DNA of 64,000 nt from assembly GCF_963921235.1 (NCBI RefSeq), contig NC_086097.1:159466001-159530000 (forward strand), in the 5' to 3' direction. Source of the DNA: Mobula hypostoma (Eukaryota). Both the position numbers and the translations under genes were made by a program. This document shows, piece by piece, positions 25,692 to 38,735 of the stretch. The notes under the pieces are model-generated. The model ran no database searches, was not told where the DNA came from, and saw only the letters and a list, made by a program, of their open reading frames with translations. Numbering within the stretch: the first letter of the stretch is position 1; each line of letters begins with the position of its first letter.

Positions 25692-27361
25692 GACCACAAG
25701 ACTATAAAATAGGAGAAGAGTTAGGTCAATTGGCCTGTTGAATCTGCTCCACCATTCAATTAAGACTCTCAAATGTCAGCACATATTTTCATAGATAAGG
25801 GGCACAAAACTGCTCACAATACTCCAAATGCGGTCTGACCGGTGTCTGCAAAAAGCCTCAGCATCACATCCTTGCTTAATATTCTAGCCTTTTTGAAATG
25901 AATGCTAACATTGCATTTGTCTTCCTCACCGCTGACTCCACCTGCAAATTAAACCTCAAGAAATCCTGCACACGGAATCTCAAGACCTTTTGCACCACTG
26001 ATTTAAAAAAAAATTTCTCCCTGTTTAGGTAATAATCTATGCCTTTATTCCTTTTACCAAAGTGCATTCTCATACACTTTCCGACACTATATTCCATCTG
26101 CTATTCCTGGCACGTGGCACTGGGAGTAATCCAGAGATTACAACCTTGGTGGTCCTGTTCTTCAGCATTTTTCCTAATTCCTTATACTCACTGCTCAGGA
26201 CCTCTTCCACCTTTCTACCTATGTCATTGGTGCCAATGTGCACCATAACCTCTGGCTCCTCACCCATCCTGTTGAGAATCTTCGGTAGGCATTCTGAGAC
26301 AACTTGGACCCTAGCCCCTGAGAGGCAACACATCTTCCTAGCTTCCCTTTCGCAGCCACTGAATCGTTGTCTGTCCCTGTAATTATCGAGTCTCCTCTTA
26401 CTACCACTCTGCCTGACTTTACCCTTCCCTGCTGAGCCTCAGAGCTGGCTACAGTGCCAGTACCCTGGCTGTCACTGCTGTACTCTGATAGGTCATTCCC
26501 GCCAGGATTATCCAAAGGGGTATACTTGTTGCTGAGGAGAATGGCTACAAGGGAACCCTGCACTGACTGCTAACTTCTCTTACTTCTCTTGGTGGTCACC
26601 CATCTACTATCTGAAGCCTGCACTCAGGGTGTGTCTACCTCAGTAAAAGTTTCCTCCATGATGTTCTCAGCCACTTGGATGATCCTGATTCCATCCAGCT
26701 CTGGCTCCAGTTCCTTAACCTTATCAGTCAGGAGCTGAAGTTGGGTGCACTTCCTGCAGATGTAGTCATCAGGGAGACCCTTAAGTACCCTGAGATCCCG
26801 CATCTCACAGGACGTGCACTCCACTGCCTGAACTACCATTCTGTCTACACTTGTTATGCCTCCAACTTATCAAACTTAAAATTCTAGCCTACACCTGTTT
26901 TCATCCAAGCATATTGAGCCAAAGCCTAACCACTCTAACACTGACAACTCACACAATGGTCGTTCCACGCAAATCCTGCTTCTTTTTATTGGCCCTTGCT
27001 AATTAACTCTAGTTACCATTAACCTCAGCAATCTCCCCCCCCCCGCAGACAAATCCCAACAGACCCCGCTCGCTTTCTAAAACTGGCGCATAAATTCCAC
27101 AAGGAACTGTCTCCAGCTCAATCCGTAACCTCCCTCTCCACAGACAAGGTCCTATAGGCCATCGTGCCTTTTAAAACTGGCACATAAATTCCACAAGGAA
27201 CTGTCTCCAGCTCAATCTGTAACCTCCCTCTCCACAGACAAGGTCCTATAGGCCATCGTGCCTTTTAAAACTGGCACATAAATTCCACAGGAGCTGTCTG
27301 CAACTCACTTCATGATCTCCTGCTTTGAAGACGAGTCCTACAGGGCTGGCGTTTATAAAAC
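25692..27361 (-). mobile_element. Internally deleted CR1 (5'UTR and ORF1 fused to the ORF2 3' end)
   Basis: VECTSC..YICRKC zinc finger, RGDSII, VHIGTNDIG, ISGLLPVP; abrupt switch at about 26100 to MEYSVGKC of the RT C-terminus. Confidence 0.85.
27081..27361. repeat. 94-bp tandem repeat, about 3 units, in the CR1 5'UTR
   Basis: aactggc(g/a)cataaattccac starts at 27081, 27175 and 27269. Confidence 0.9.
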
Positions 27362-27778
27362 TTTTTTTTTATCTCTGTTGATGCTGATTATCCAGATGGG
27401 TATCTCCAGGATTTTCTATATACCCACTGAAAGACTACAATAATAGTGTTAGTTTGATAGGATTATGACTAATTTGGTTGCTGTCCTACTGTGTCAAAAC
27501 TCACTTGAGAGTTTGGGAAGGATCCTGAGGAAGTGGATCTGAGTTACGAGAGAAAGGGGAATGGGGAAAGGTAATTGAGGATGGGATGGGAGGATTTGAA
27601 AATATCTGATATTAAGAATGACACTCAAGATGGTGATTTGGAGCATTGGTGAGAGTGAAGTGCTTGGAAGAATGACAGCACATTGGGAAGCTGAGAAAAG
27701 CAACAGAGTAGGAGGCCTAAGAAGTCAGGGTGTGTGGGGGATATGAGAAATGCTTAGTTAATGAATCGTTTTGCTTAC

Positions 27779-27870
27779 TACTCCTGGGTGGACTAAAGAT
27801 GTTCCCAGAGGAACGTGGTCCAACTTCTCCTTCAAAGCTCCAAAAAGTGACAAGCAATGACATCACTTGG
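27779..27870 (-). CDS. Predicted internal exon, 92 nt, phase 2-1 (QVMSLLVTFWSFEGEVGPRSSGNIFSPPRS)
   Basis: Acceptor ttttcttgctacaaag|C, donor GTA|gtaagc. Confidence 0.65.
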
Positions 27871-28099
27871 CTTTGTAGCAAGAAAAGTAAGGTAAATTTT
27901 ATATAACCCATTCATAAATTACTGGCTTTTACAAGGAAAACTTAATATCTGATTTAGTATACTCTTTCAATTAACCAAAAGTTCCAATTCTATTATATTA
28001 TATAAACTCAAACATTCCAGTTTTCACAGCTGAAATATTTACTGTAATGCAATTCTCTCTTGGAAGTTTTGTACGACATTTTTTTTTGAAAATACTGAC

Positions 28100-28213
28100 T
28101 TCAGCAAGGGTTGTGGGAGCAATTCGTCACCACAATTATAACTGAAGAAATTGAAATGATGTATCACAACCATGGTAAATTCCTGAAATTTTTGCTGCTG
28201 TTGCTGGATTCTT
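28100..28213 (-). CDS. Predicted internal exon, 114 nt, phase 2-2 (RIQQQQQKFQEF...ELLPQPLL)
   Basis: Acceptor catacttcag|A, donor GAA|gtcagt; only one open frame. Confidence 0.65.
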
Positions 28214-28575
28214 CTGAAGTATGTCAAATATTTGATGAAACAAATAAAATACAGCTATCGTTATGTAGAATTTTTCATTGCCATTTTTTATTTAGAATCC
28301 ATCATTCACTGGCCATTATTATTAACACAATATTTGTTTTTACATTACTGTCAGAACAATTGAGCTGGCTTAGTATGCTTTAACTCTTAACTGGGCATTG
28401 TTGGCTTGTCCAGCATTTACTGCTCCCCAATAAAGTTTTGCTAAGCCACATCTGCAGTCTCTTTACAAGAAGTCCCAAGATTTAGGTCTGGCTGTGATGA
28501 AGATTCAGTGATATATATCCAAGTGTGAATTGGAGGGGAACTTGTGGATAGCAATGTTTCCACATTCCTCTATAT

Positions 28576-28700
28576 AAGGGTCTCGGCCCGAAACGTCGAC
28601 TGTACCTCTTCCTATAGATGCTGCCTGGCCTGCTGCGTTCACCAGTATTTTTTGTGTGTGTTGCTCGAATTTCCAGCATCTGCAGATTTCCTCGTGTTTG
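28576..28700 (+). mobile_element. Penelope pLTR 3' fragment with tail; hammerhead truncated
   Basis: aagggtctcggcccgaaacgtcgact...ccagcatctgcagatttcctcgtgtttg. Confidence 0.85.
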
Positions 28701-29229
28701 TGTGAATGTTTCCACATGACTGCTTCTCTTGTCTGACTTGCTGATAGAGGTTTGAAACATACTGTCTGAGTAACTACAGTACTTTGTTTTTATAAATGAT
28801 ACAGAATGTAGCCACTATCACTGGTGCTGGAGGCAGTGAATATTTAGACTGCTAGTAGAGGTGTGGGTAAAATGGTGTGTTTTGTCCTGGATAATAACGA
28901 ACATGTTAAGAGTTGTTAAGGCTGTATTCATCCAGGAAAATGGCAAATGTTTCATCACTCTCTTGATGCATCTAGGGGAAGGGGGGAAATGCCTTACTGC
29001 AATTAGACAAGCTGTGCATGATGTTCTCCAATGGGTCTGTCTATTGGTGAGTTCTCAGGTAGTTGTAGAAGTCAATCCCGGATTCAGATGTTCCATGGGA
29101 ATAAACCAGAATATTAGGCTGGATTCCCTTAAAGGAGATCGACTTTGTTTAACATGGGGAGGCGAAGCATTGGTAGCCACCACGTGGTTCACAATAGTTC
29201 GAGTTCAGGGTCCAGTGGCATGTGAGACC

Positions 29230-29470
29230 TTTAATGCTCCAGCCTTCCTCTGCCTTCTCTGCCATTGTGATGTGTTATCATCTTCTGCCAGCTCTGCTGC
29301 TGAGGTTTTGGTTGGATCACTTTCATCTGGAACCTCCTCCTCGACCTTACCGCCATGGGTGACCCTATCAGAAGCTAAGCGCCTGATGGCTAAACTCCAA
29401 ATGGCGTCGCTCTTGGGATCTCAGGAACTCACAAGCTTCTCCCCTACAATGTGGTGACAGTTCCGAGGGT
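29230..29470 (-). mobile_element. Probable RTE-clade LINE 5'UTR fragment
   Basis: tagggtcacccatggcggtaaggtc motif resembling RTE 5' ends; recognised from memory only. Confidence 0.4.
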
Positions 29471-29499
29471 GCAAGGAGTTGACGCATTCAATAAATGAT

Positions 29500-30350
29500 A
29501 CACAGTCTCTGTCCTGATCTCATCATTGTCGTATTTATCTGTTTGCTCCTCGTCAATGGTAACTTGTCCACCTTCACCCCTTCCTCTAGGAAGCTGATGC
29601 AATGGAAATCCATTGAATGTAAAGGGTAGGTGCTTCCATTCTCTCTTGTAGGAGGTGGTTATTGCCTGACACTTCTGTAATATAAAACTTACTTATCACT
29701 TACCAGCCCCTTCCAGAATGTTGCCTGGATTTTACTGAATGGGGGTATGGGCTGTTCTATTTGCTGAGAAGTCTCAAATAGAATGAACATTGTGAAATCT
29801 TGGTCATTGATGAAGCAGCTAAAAATGGTGTGGCCAGGAACACTACACTGTGGAACTCCTGCAGAAGCATCCAGAACTAGGTAAAAAATCTTCCAATAAT
29901 CACAGCCATTTCCTTTTGTATGAGGAATCAAGCCACTGGAGTTGTTTCCCCTTTTGACTTCACTTTTATCAAAGCACTTTGGTGCCATTTACAGTCAAAT
30001 AATGCCAAGACAATTCACTGGGACACAATTTCTTGAATTCACCTGTAGGTCCATGTTTTGCTGTTGATGTCTGGGTCCAAGTGGCCTTAGTGAAACCCAA
30101 ACCAAGCATCAGGGGTTAGGTTTTTGGTGAGTAAGTACCACTTGATAGCGTTATACCCTGGAATATACCCTGAGAAATTATTGATGATGGGTTCCACCTC
30201 TTTGTTGATGCTTGAGAGCAGACGAATAAGGCTGGTTTGGCTGTATCCTGCTTTTTGTGAATAGTACATTCCAGGGAAACTTTAACATTTCCTGGTCAAT
30301 TGCCAATGTCATTACTATACTAGGATAGCTGAATTGTGATTTAGTTCCAT
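29500..30350 (-). mobile_element. Very old CR1/L2-group RT remnant
   Basis: AGVPQCSVPGHTIFSCFIND. Confidence 0.55.
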
Positions 30351-30659
30351 AGCCTCTATACATTCCAGTTTATGTCAATATAGAGTATTGTCCAGCTGAT
30401 CTTTAAAACCCAAAAGAGCCACATTAGCCGCATATGTCTACGAACACTTAAATGATGAATATTACTAGAGTTCTTCATTATAATGACATCAGATCTCTGA
30501 AGATTATATACTGAAATAAATATTGCATAAGTAAATGTGGTATGGATAAATAAATCCATAAATTCAGAAGACTGAAGTGGTGAAATTATCAAAGTTAGAA
30601 GGTCTAAAGTATTTCACAGTATTAACCTTCAGTTAATAAAACAACAAGGGAGACAAATG

Positions 30660-33270
30660 ATATGTGAGTTAATCATCATTTCTTTTGCAAAATGGCTCGA
30701 GATGAGAAACAGTGAAGATTTGCTTCAACTCCACAGGGTGTTGGTAAAGCCACATGTGGAGTACTATGCACAGTTTTAGTTCCTTTACTTAAAAAAAGGG
30801 ATATTGTAAGATTGGAGACAGTCCAAAGGAGATCCACAAGCTAATTCCTGGGATGAGAGTGTTGTCCCTTTAAAAGAGGCTACAAGTCTGTGCTGATACT
30901 CATAGAAACATAGAAACATAGAAAATAGGTGCAGGAGTAGGCCATTCAGCCCTTCAAGCCTGCATCGCCGTTCAGTATGATCATGGCTGATCATCCAACT
31001 CAGAACCCTGTACCAGCCTTCCCTCCATACCCCCGATCCCTTTAGCCACAAAGGCCATATATAACTCCCTCTTAAATATAGCCAATGAACTGGCCTCAAT
31101 TGTTTCCTGTGGCAGAGAATTCCACAGATTCACTACTCTCTGTGTGAAGAAGTTTTTCCTAATCTCGGTCCTAAAAGGCTTCCCCTTTATCCTCAAACTG
31201 TGACCCCTCGTTCTGGACTTCGCCAACATCGGGAACAATCTTCTTGCATCTAGCCTGTCCAATCCCTTTAGGACTTTATACGTTTCAATCAGATCCCCCC
31301 TCAACCTTCTAAATTCCAACGAGTATAGGCCTAGTTCATCCAGTCTTTCATCATATGAAAGTCCTGCCATCCCAGAAATCAATCTGGTGAACCTTCTTTG
31401 TACTCCCTCTATGGCAAGGATGTCTTTCCTCAGATTAGGGGACCAAAACTGCACACAATACTCCAGGTGTGGTCTCACCAAGGCCTTGTACAACTGCAGT
31501 AGTACCTCCCTGCTCCTGTACTCGAGTCCTCTTGCTATAAATGCCAGCATACCATTTGCCTTTTTCACCGCCTGCTGTACCTGCATGCCCACTTTCAATG
31601 ACTGGTGTATAATGACACCCAGGTCTCATTGCACCTCCCCTTTTCCTAATCGGCCACCATTCAGATAATAATCTGTTTTCCTGTTTTTGCCACCAAAGTG
31701 GATAACCTCACATTTATCCACATTAAATTGCATCTGCCATGAATTTGCCCACTCACCTAACCTATCCAAGTCACCCTGCATCCTCTTAGCATCCTCCTCA
31801 CAGCTAACACTGCCACCCAGCTTCATGTCATCCGCAAACTTGGAGATGCTGCATTTAATTCCCTCATCCAAGTCATTAATATATATTGTAAACAACTGGG
31901 GTCCCAGCACTGAGCCTTGTGGTACCCCACTAGTCACTGCCTGCCATTCTGAAAAGGTCCCGTTTATTCTCACTCTTTGCTTCCTGTCTGCCAACCAATT
32001 CTCCATCCATATCAATACCTTACCCCCAATACCGTGTGCTTTAAGTTTGCACACTAATCTCCTATGTGGGACCTTGTCAAAAGCCTTTTGAAAATCCAAA
32101 TATACCACATCCACTGGTTCTCCCCTATCCACTCTGCTAGTTACATCCTCAAAAAATTCTATGAGATTCGTCAGACATGATTTTCCTTTCACAAATCCAT
32201 GTTGACTTTGTCCGATGATTTCACTGCTTTCCAAATGTGCTGTTATCACATCTTTGATAACTGACTCTAGCAGTTTCCCCACCACCAATGTTAGGCTAAC
32301 CGGTCTATAATTCCCTGACTTCTCTCTCCCTCCTTTTTTAAAAAGTGGGATTACATTAGCCACCCTCCAATCCTCAGGAACTAGTCCAGAATCTAAAGAG
32401 TTTAGAGAAATTATCACTAATGCATCCACTATTTCTTGGGCTACTTCCTTAAGCACTCTGGGATGCAGACCATCTGGCCCTGTGGATTTATCTGCCTTTA
32501 ATCCCTTCAATTTACCTAACACCACTTCCCTACTAACATGTATTTCCCTCAGTTCCTCCATCTCACTGGACCCTCTGTCCCCTACTATTTCTGGAAGATT
32601 ATTTATGTCCTCCTTAGTGAAGACAGAACCAAAGTAATTATTCAATTGGTCTGCCATGTCCTTGCTCCCCATAATCAATTCACCTGTTTCTGTCTGTAGG
32701 GGACCTACATTTGTCTTAATCAATCTTTTTTCTTTTCACATATCTATAAAAGCTTTTACAGTCAGTTTTTATGTTCCCTGCCAGTTTTCTCTCATAATCT
32801 TTTTTCCCCTTCCTAATTAAGCCCTTTGTCCTCCTCTGCTGAACTCTGAATTTCTCCCAGTCCTCAGGTGAGCCACTTTGGATTTTCATCAATGAGGGGT
32901 GACATAATTGATACAAGATCGTGAGGGAAAATCTACTCTCATATATAGATGCTGATGTGTTTTCACAAGTGTGATTGTCTCAAATGAGCAGACATTGTTA
33001 GAAGACTCCATTTAAAATGGTGGTATGAAGAAATTCCTTATTGAGAGAGTGGTGAATCTCTAAAATTCTCCACTCAGGAATACTGTGGTAGCCAGATCAT
33101 TAGACGTATTTAAGGAGGAGGTAGTTTTTTTTTGAAAGAGCAAGAAATGAAGGGCTAAAGGGAACTGATACAGAAGAGGAACTGAGACCAACATAGATTA
33201 TCTATGAACATATTGAGTGGTGGGGGAGGCTTGAGGAACAGAGTGGCCTACTCATAAATCTGCTCCTATT
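30660..33270 (+). mobile_element. Old CR1 3' fragment split by a young CR1
   Basis: ccacatgtggagtactatgcacag before the insertion; aatgaggggtgac and 3'UTR after 32878. Confidence 0.7.
30901..32877 (-). mobile_element. Young CR1, 5'-truncated, nearly intact RT
   Basis: 365-aa and 205-aa ORFs (YLDFQKAFD, GVPQGS, KFADD) separated by one in-frame TGA; (catagaaa)n tail. Confidence 0.95.
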
Positions 33271-33345
33271 GTGTTTTCTTTGGAGCTCTCCCTGCTGGTA
33301 AGGTGGGGCCATGGCAATTCAAGGCAGATGAACACGATAACTTAC

Positions 33346-33382
33346 ACAACTCTGTGTATCACACACAGACTAATTATTTCTT
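33346..33382 (-). CDS. Predicted internal exon, 37 nt, phase 1-2 (EEIISLCVIHRVV)
   Basis: Acceptor tttcttaatttctctcag, donor TGT|gtaagt. Confidence 0.55.
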
Positions 33383-36300
33383 CTGAGAGAAATTAAGAAA
33401 GATGCAACTTAGATCTGTAAATTCAATTGTATCATGCCACTTAATTCAGCACAAAGGTGTGTTACACTTAATTTCTGAACTCAGATTGCATCAAGTACTT
33501 TTATTCCCTATACAATGTTGCTTTGCCAGAAAAATCAGACTAGTGGTATTCATAATTGGGCATTCCAAGTACATCCATGCTTTTGAGATGATCAACACAA
33601 GGACAAATCCCATTCCTTAGACCTTGTCCCTTATTCTCCCTTCCAAATGCATTGCCTGGACTGACGGTTGATCTCAGCTTCTGATCCTTTTATTGGCAAC
33701 CCCAAACTCTCCTGTATTGCTAATCCATCCACCTATTCTTCAACTCTGCAAATGGAAACCTGATTTTTATGCTGTCCCTTAAGGTTTATCTCCAGCCAAG
33801 AAAAATAGTCTCACATAATCCCCCATAGATGTTAACCAGGCTTCCATTGCAGCACCTTTGGTAACTCCCTGCACATGGAGCACAGAAAGGGACATTTGTA
33901 ATAGCAATGTCGTAACACCCTAAGGCCTTGGACCCATAGGCGGTTTGCAGTAGAAGGCTCACAACATTGAAATGACTACATAGCAGCAACAGCCAAACCG
34001 ATGGCCGTGTGGCTGGCTCTGAAGCTGACCAGAGAAGGGTAAATTCAGGTAGAGAGATAGTCATAGGAGAATCAATAGTTAGGGGGTTGGACAGGAGATC
34101 CTATGCTGTGAAAGAGATGCCAGGATGGTGTGTTTGCTCAGGTGCTAAGGCGAAGGATGTCTCAGAATAGCTGCAGAATATTCTCAAGAGGGGCAGTGAA
34201 CAGCCAGAGGTCATGCTGAACCATGACAACAGTGACATAGGTAGCAAGGGAGAGGTGATGTGTGCAGTGCATTCACAGTGGGAGTTAGGGAACAAGCCGA
34301 AGAACAGGACCTACAAGGTAGTAATATTTGGATTACTCCCACTGCCACATCCTGGTCAAGGCAGGAAAAGGTTGAGAGTACAGATGAATAAGAGGCTGAG
34401 GAACTGGTGCAAAGGCTGGGTTTCAAATTGCTGGATAATTGGGATCTCTTCAGTGCAGGTACGACCTGTACAAAAAATATGGGATACACCTGAAGCCGAG
34501 GTGGACCAATATCCTCAGTCTGCTAGAGCTGTTTGGGAGAGATTAACCAAATTTAACAGGGGATGGAAACTGAGGTGAAAGGGCTGAGGATGGGGCAGAT
34601 GGTATACAAGTAGGTGCAGTGTGTAATGAGACTGTGAGGAAAGACAGGCAGACGATAGGGCAAAATTGCAGTCAGTGGGATGAGTTGAAGTATAACATTG
34701 AGGCAAAATTGAAAAGGAGAATGAATACAGGACTGAAGGTATTATATTTGAATGCATGCAGTATATGGAATAAGCTTAATGATCATGTAGGGCAGTTAGA
34801 AATTGGGAGGTATGATGTTGTGGGCATCACTGAGTCATGGTTGAAAGAAGATCATAGTTGGGAGCTTAACATCCAAGGACGCATATTCTATTGAAAGAAC
34901 AGGCAGGTAGGCAGAGGGAACTGGCCTCTGTTGTTAAAATCTGAAATCAAATCCTTAGAAAGAGGTGACATAGGATTAGAAGATGGAGAATCCTTGTGGG
35001 TAGAGTTAAGAAACTGCAAGGTTAAAAAGACCCTGATGGGAGTTATATACAGGCCTACGAGCAGGATGTGGGATATAAATTAAAATGGAGATAGAAAAGG
35101 CATGTAAAAAGGATAATGTCACAATACTCATGTGAGATTTCAATATGCATATAGATTGAGATAAATAGGTTGGTGCAGGATCATATGAGATGGAATTTGT
35201 AGAATGCCTACAAGGTAGCTTTTTAAAGCATCTTTTGGTTGAACCCAATAGGAGTAAGGTAAAGGAACCCTTAGGAAGCAGTGATCGTAAGATGATAGAA
35301 ATCACTGTGCAGTTTGATAGGGAGAGCACAAAGTCAAATATATCGATATTACAGTGGAATGAAGGGAATTACAGAGGCATGAGAGAGAAGCTGGCCAAAC
35401 TTGATTGGAAGGGGACATTTATGAGCATTTGGAGAGACATAATTTGATTAGGGATAGTCAGCATGGCTTTATCAAAGGCAGGCCATGCCTTACGAGCCTG
35501 ATTGAATTATTTGAGGATGTAACAAAGCACATTGATGAAGGTAGAGCAATGGATGTAGTATATATGGATTTCAGTAAGGCATTTGATAAGGTCCCCCATG
35601 CAAGGCTCATTCAGAAAGTAAGAGGGGGGTCTTCCGGTTAATATGGCGTTGGTTTAGTCGCTTAAAGCTGTCGCTCCGTTTTATTTCTTATCTCCGCACT
35701 TCTCCTTTCCTTTTTTTTCTCCAGACTGTTAACATTTTTTTTCCCTCCTGCCTGCGAGTACGTCTGTCTTACAATGGCTTCAAAGACCACCAAATCGGGG
35801 AAAAAAGAAGTTCCTATGGCTGGTTCCTCTGCCGAGATAGTTTCCATTTTGGAACAGCACCGACAAGATATAATATCCAAACTTAAGTCTGAAGTTAAGA
35901 CTTCTTTCGATTCATTGGAATCCAAATTAGATCAAATTAATTCCTAAGCAGAGGCTATGCCGAACGTCTTTCTGTTCTCGAGTCTGTTACCGATGATATA
36001 GAACGTCGCTTTCACGATTTGGAAACCACTTGCTCCAGCTTGAGGGATTATAACAGCAAGCTAATATCCAAAGTTATGAATCTGGAAGGTCGGAGCAGAT
36101 GTCAAAATCTACGAATCCTCAGCTTGCCGGAGGATTTTGAAAGTGGATCTGCAGTTGAATTTTTCTCTACTTTGTGAGATTTTTGGGTTGATATCTTCTG
36201 ACCCCACCCGAGTTAGAAAGAGCTCACCGTACTTTTACGCCTAAGCTGGAGCCGGGCCATAGTCCACGCCCAGTAATTCTCTGTTTTCATCGCTATAAGG

Positions 36301-38074
36301 TGAAAAACCTTTTGATTATGGAAGCATGTCCAAGAGGAAAGTTGGAATACAAGGGTCAATCCATCCATATTGTCGAGGATTATGCTCCCTAAGTTCTGAG
36401 TCTACGTGCCGAATATATAGGAGTTATGAAAGAGTTCTGCAATCGTGGACTCAGGCCCTATCTGCGTTTTCCAGCTCGTCTCCGAATAACTCTCGCTGCT
36501 GGAGAAAAAACGTGGTTTAATTCAGTTACAGAAGCTCAGAAATTCGAAAGTCTCCCTGCTACTTCCATTTCCTCAGATTCGGTTTGATTATTTAAAATTG
36601 TGGACAAGTACTTTTTTTTCTTTGTTTTTTTTCCCTGGTCTTTCTTTTTCAAGTCACTGAATTTTTTTCGTAGTTTCTTGCGGGTAGGTTACTGGGCAAA
36701 GTTTGTTTATATGTTTCTTAGTTCATATCTTTTCTTTTGGACTATTACTTTGAGTTAAGCTTAATACATTTTGGTGGAATGGTTTTTTTTCTCTCTAAGT
36801 ATAATTCTAATTTGTAGTGGGTAAGTTTTCTGGTTTTTGAATTGTTAACAAATGGAGCTTAGGTAGATGTTAAGAACCTGGAAGTTGGCTTTTGGGGTGG
36901 TTTTTTTTTGAAGAGCTTGCTGCTGATCTTCGGTAGCTTTCTTGTTGTGGGATGGGGGGGGTTGGGGTGGGTAGGGATCGCTATTGCCAATAGCTGTTAT
37001 AGAATCTTTAGTTATTCTTTGTTAATTAGGACATATTTCTGTCCTTCTCCATTTTCATTTTTTTGCCCCAGAGCTGTTGTTTGTTTCTTTGATTTTGCTG
37101 ATGCCTACTACTCTCCATGTTTTTTTAAATGACAATGGTTAGTCCATTGAATTTTATAAGCTGGAATGTTAAGGGATTGAACTATCCTGTTAAAAGAAGG
37201 AAGGTATGTTCACATCTTAAGCAGCTCAAAGCTGCAATTGTTTTTTTTGCAAGAAACACACATTCATAGTTCTGATAGTTTCCATCTCATGTCAAGGTGG
37301 GTGGGGCAGCACTTCCATTCTACTTTTACAGCTAAAGCTGGGGGGGGCGCAGGTGGAGGTCTCTATTCTATAAATCAAAATGATCCTTTTGAGCTTCACA
37401 ACAAAGTATCTGATACAAATGATCATTTTATTATTGTTTCTGGGAAATTGTATAATACTAGGGTAGTCTTGGCTAACCAGTATGCTCCCAATTCGGATGA
37501 TGTGGAGTTTTTTTGATCATTTTTTCTCTTTATTGCTTGACCTGAGCTTATATTCTCTTATATTGGGCAGTGATTTTAACTGTTGGTTAGATCCAGTTAT
37601 GGATCGATTGTCCTCTGTTCCTAGACTACCAAGTAAATCTGCTTTATCAATTCAGTCTTTCCTTTCTAATTATGGTATCTGTGATGTTTGGCGTTTTCTT
37701 CATCCAAGTGAGAGAGATTACACTTTTTTTTCACATGTCCATCATACTTTTACTAGAATTGATTATTTTTTAATCGATAATCTGCTGATTCCATCTGTTC
37801 GCTCTTGTGATTATCAGAGTATATTGAATTCAGATCATGCCCCAGTTACGCTGTCCATATTTCTTCCTGGTCTCCCTCAAATGAATAAACACTGGCGTTT
37901 TAATCTGACCCTGTTGTCGGATAATGATTTTATAAAATTTATGAAGGACCAAATAACTCTTTCTTTTAGATATTAACATGTCATCTGAAACCTCAACTCA
38001 GGTTGTCTGGGATGCCATGAAAGCATATATAAGGGGTCAAATAATTTCATATACTGTGAAATTGAAAAGAAATA

Positions 38075-38735
38075 CATAGAAACATAGAAAATAGGTGCAG
38101 GAGTAGGCCATTCGGTTCTTCGAGCCTGCACCGCCATTTATTATGATCATGGCTGATCATCCAACTCAGAACCCAGCCTTCCCTCCATACCCCCTGACCC
38201 CTGTAGCCACAAGGGCCATATCTAACTCCCTCTTAAACATAGCCAATGAACTGGCCTCAACAGTTTGCTGTGGCAGAGAATTCCACAGATTCACCACTCT
38301 CTGTGTGAAGAAGTTTTTCCTAATCTCGGTCCTAAAAGGCTTCCCCTCTATCCTCAAACTGTGACCCCTCGTTCTGGACCTCCCCAACATCGGGAACAAT
38401 CTTCCCGCATCTAGCCTGTCCAATCCCTTTAGGATCTTATACGTTTCAATCAGATCCCCCCTCAATCTTCTAAATTCCAACGAGTACAAGCCCAGTTCAT
38501 CCAGTCTTTCTTCATATGAAAGACCTGCCATCCCAGGAATCAATCTGGTGAACCTTCTTTGTACTCCCTCTATGGCAAAGATGTCTTTCCTCAGATTAGG
38601 GGACCAAAACTGCACACAATACTCCAGGTGTGGTCTCACCAAGACCTTGTACAACTGCAGTAGTACCTCCCTGCTCCTGTACTCGAATCCTCTCGCTATA
38701 AATGCCAGCATACCGTTCGCCTTTTTCACCGCCTG
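38075..38735 (-). mobile_element. Young CR1 3' fragment inside L1 ORF2
   Basis: 187-aa intact RT C-terminus, close to 30981-31598; atac duplicated at the flanks. Confidence 0.93.

Noticed and set aside
28861..29457. 198-aa plus-strand ORF
   Set aside because: Spans unrelated repeat remnants in antisense; no recognisable domain
30356..30510. Exon YNLQRSDVIIMKNSS
   Set aside because: No convincing donor and phase-incompatible with the 33346-33382 exon
30901..32877. Active CR1
   Set aside because: 5'-truncated, with one frameshift and one in-frame stop
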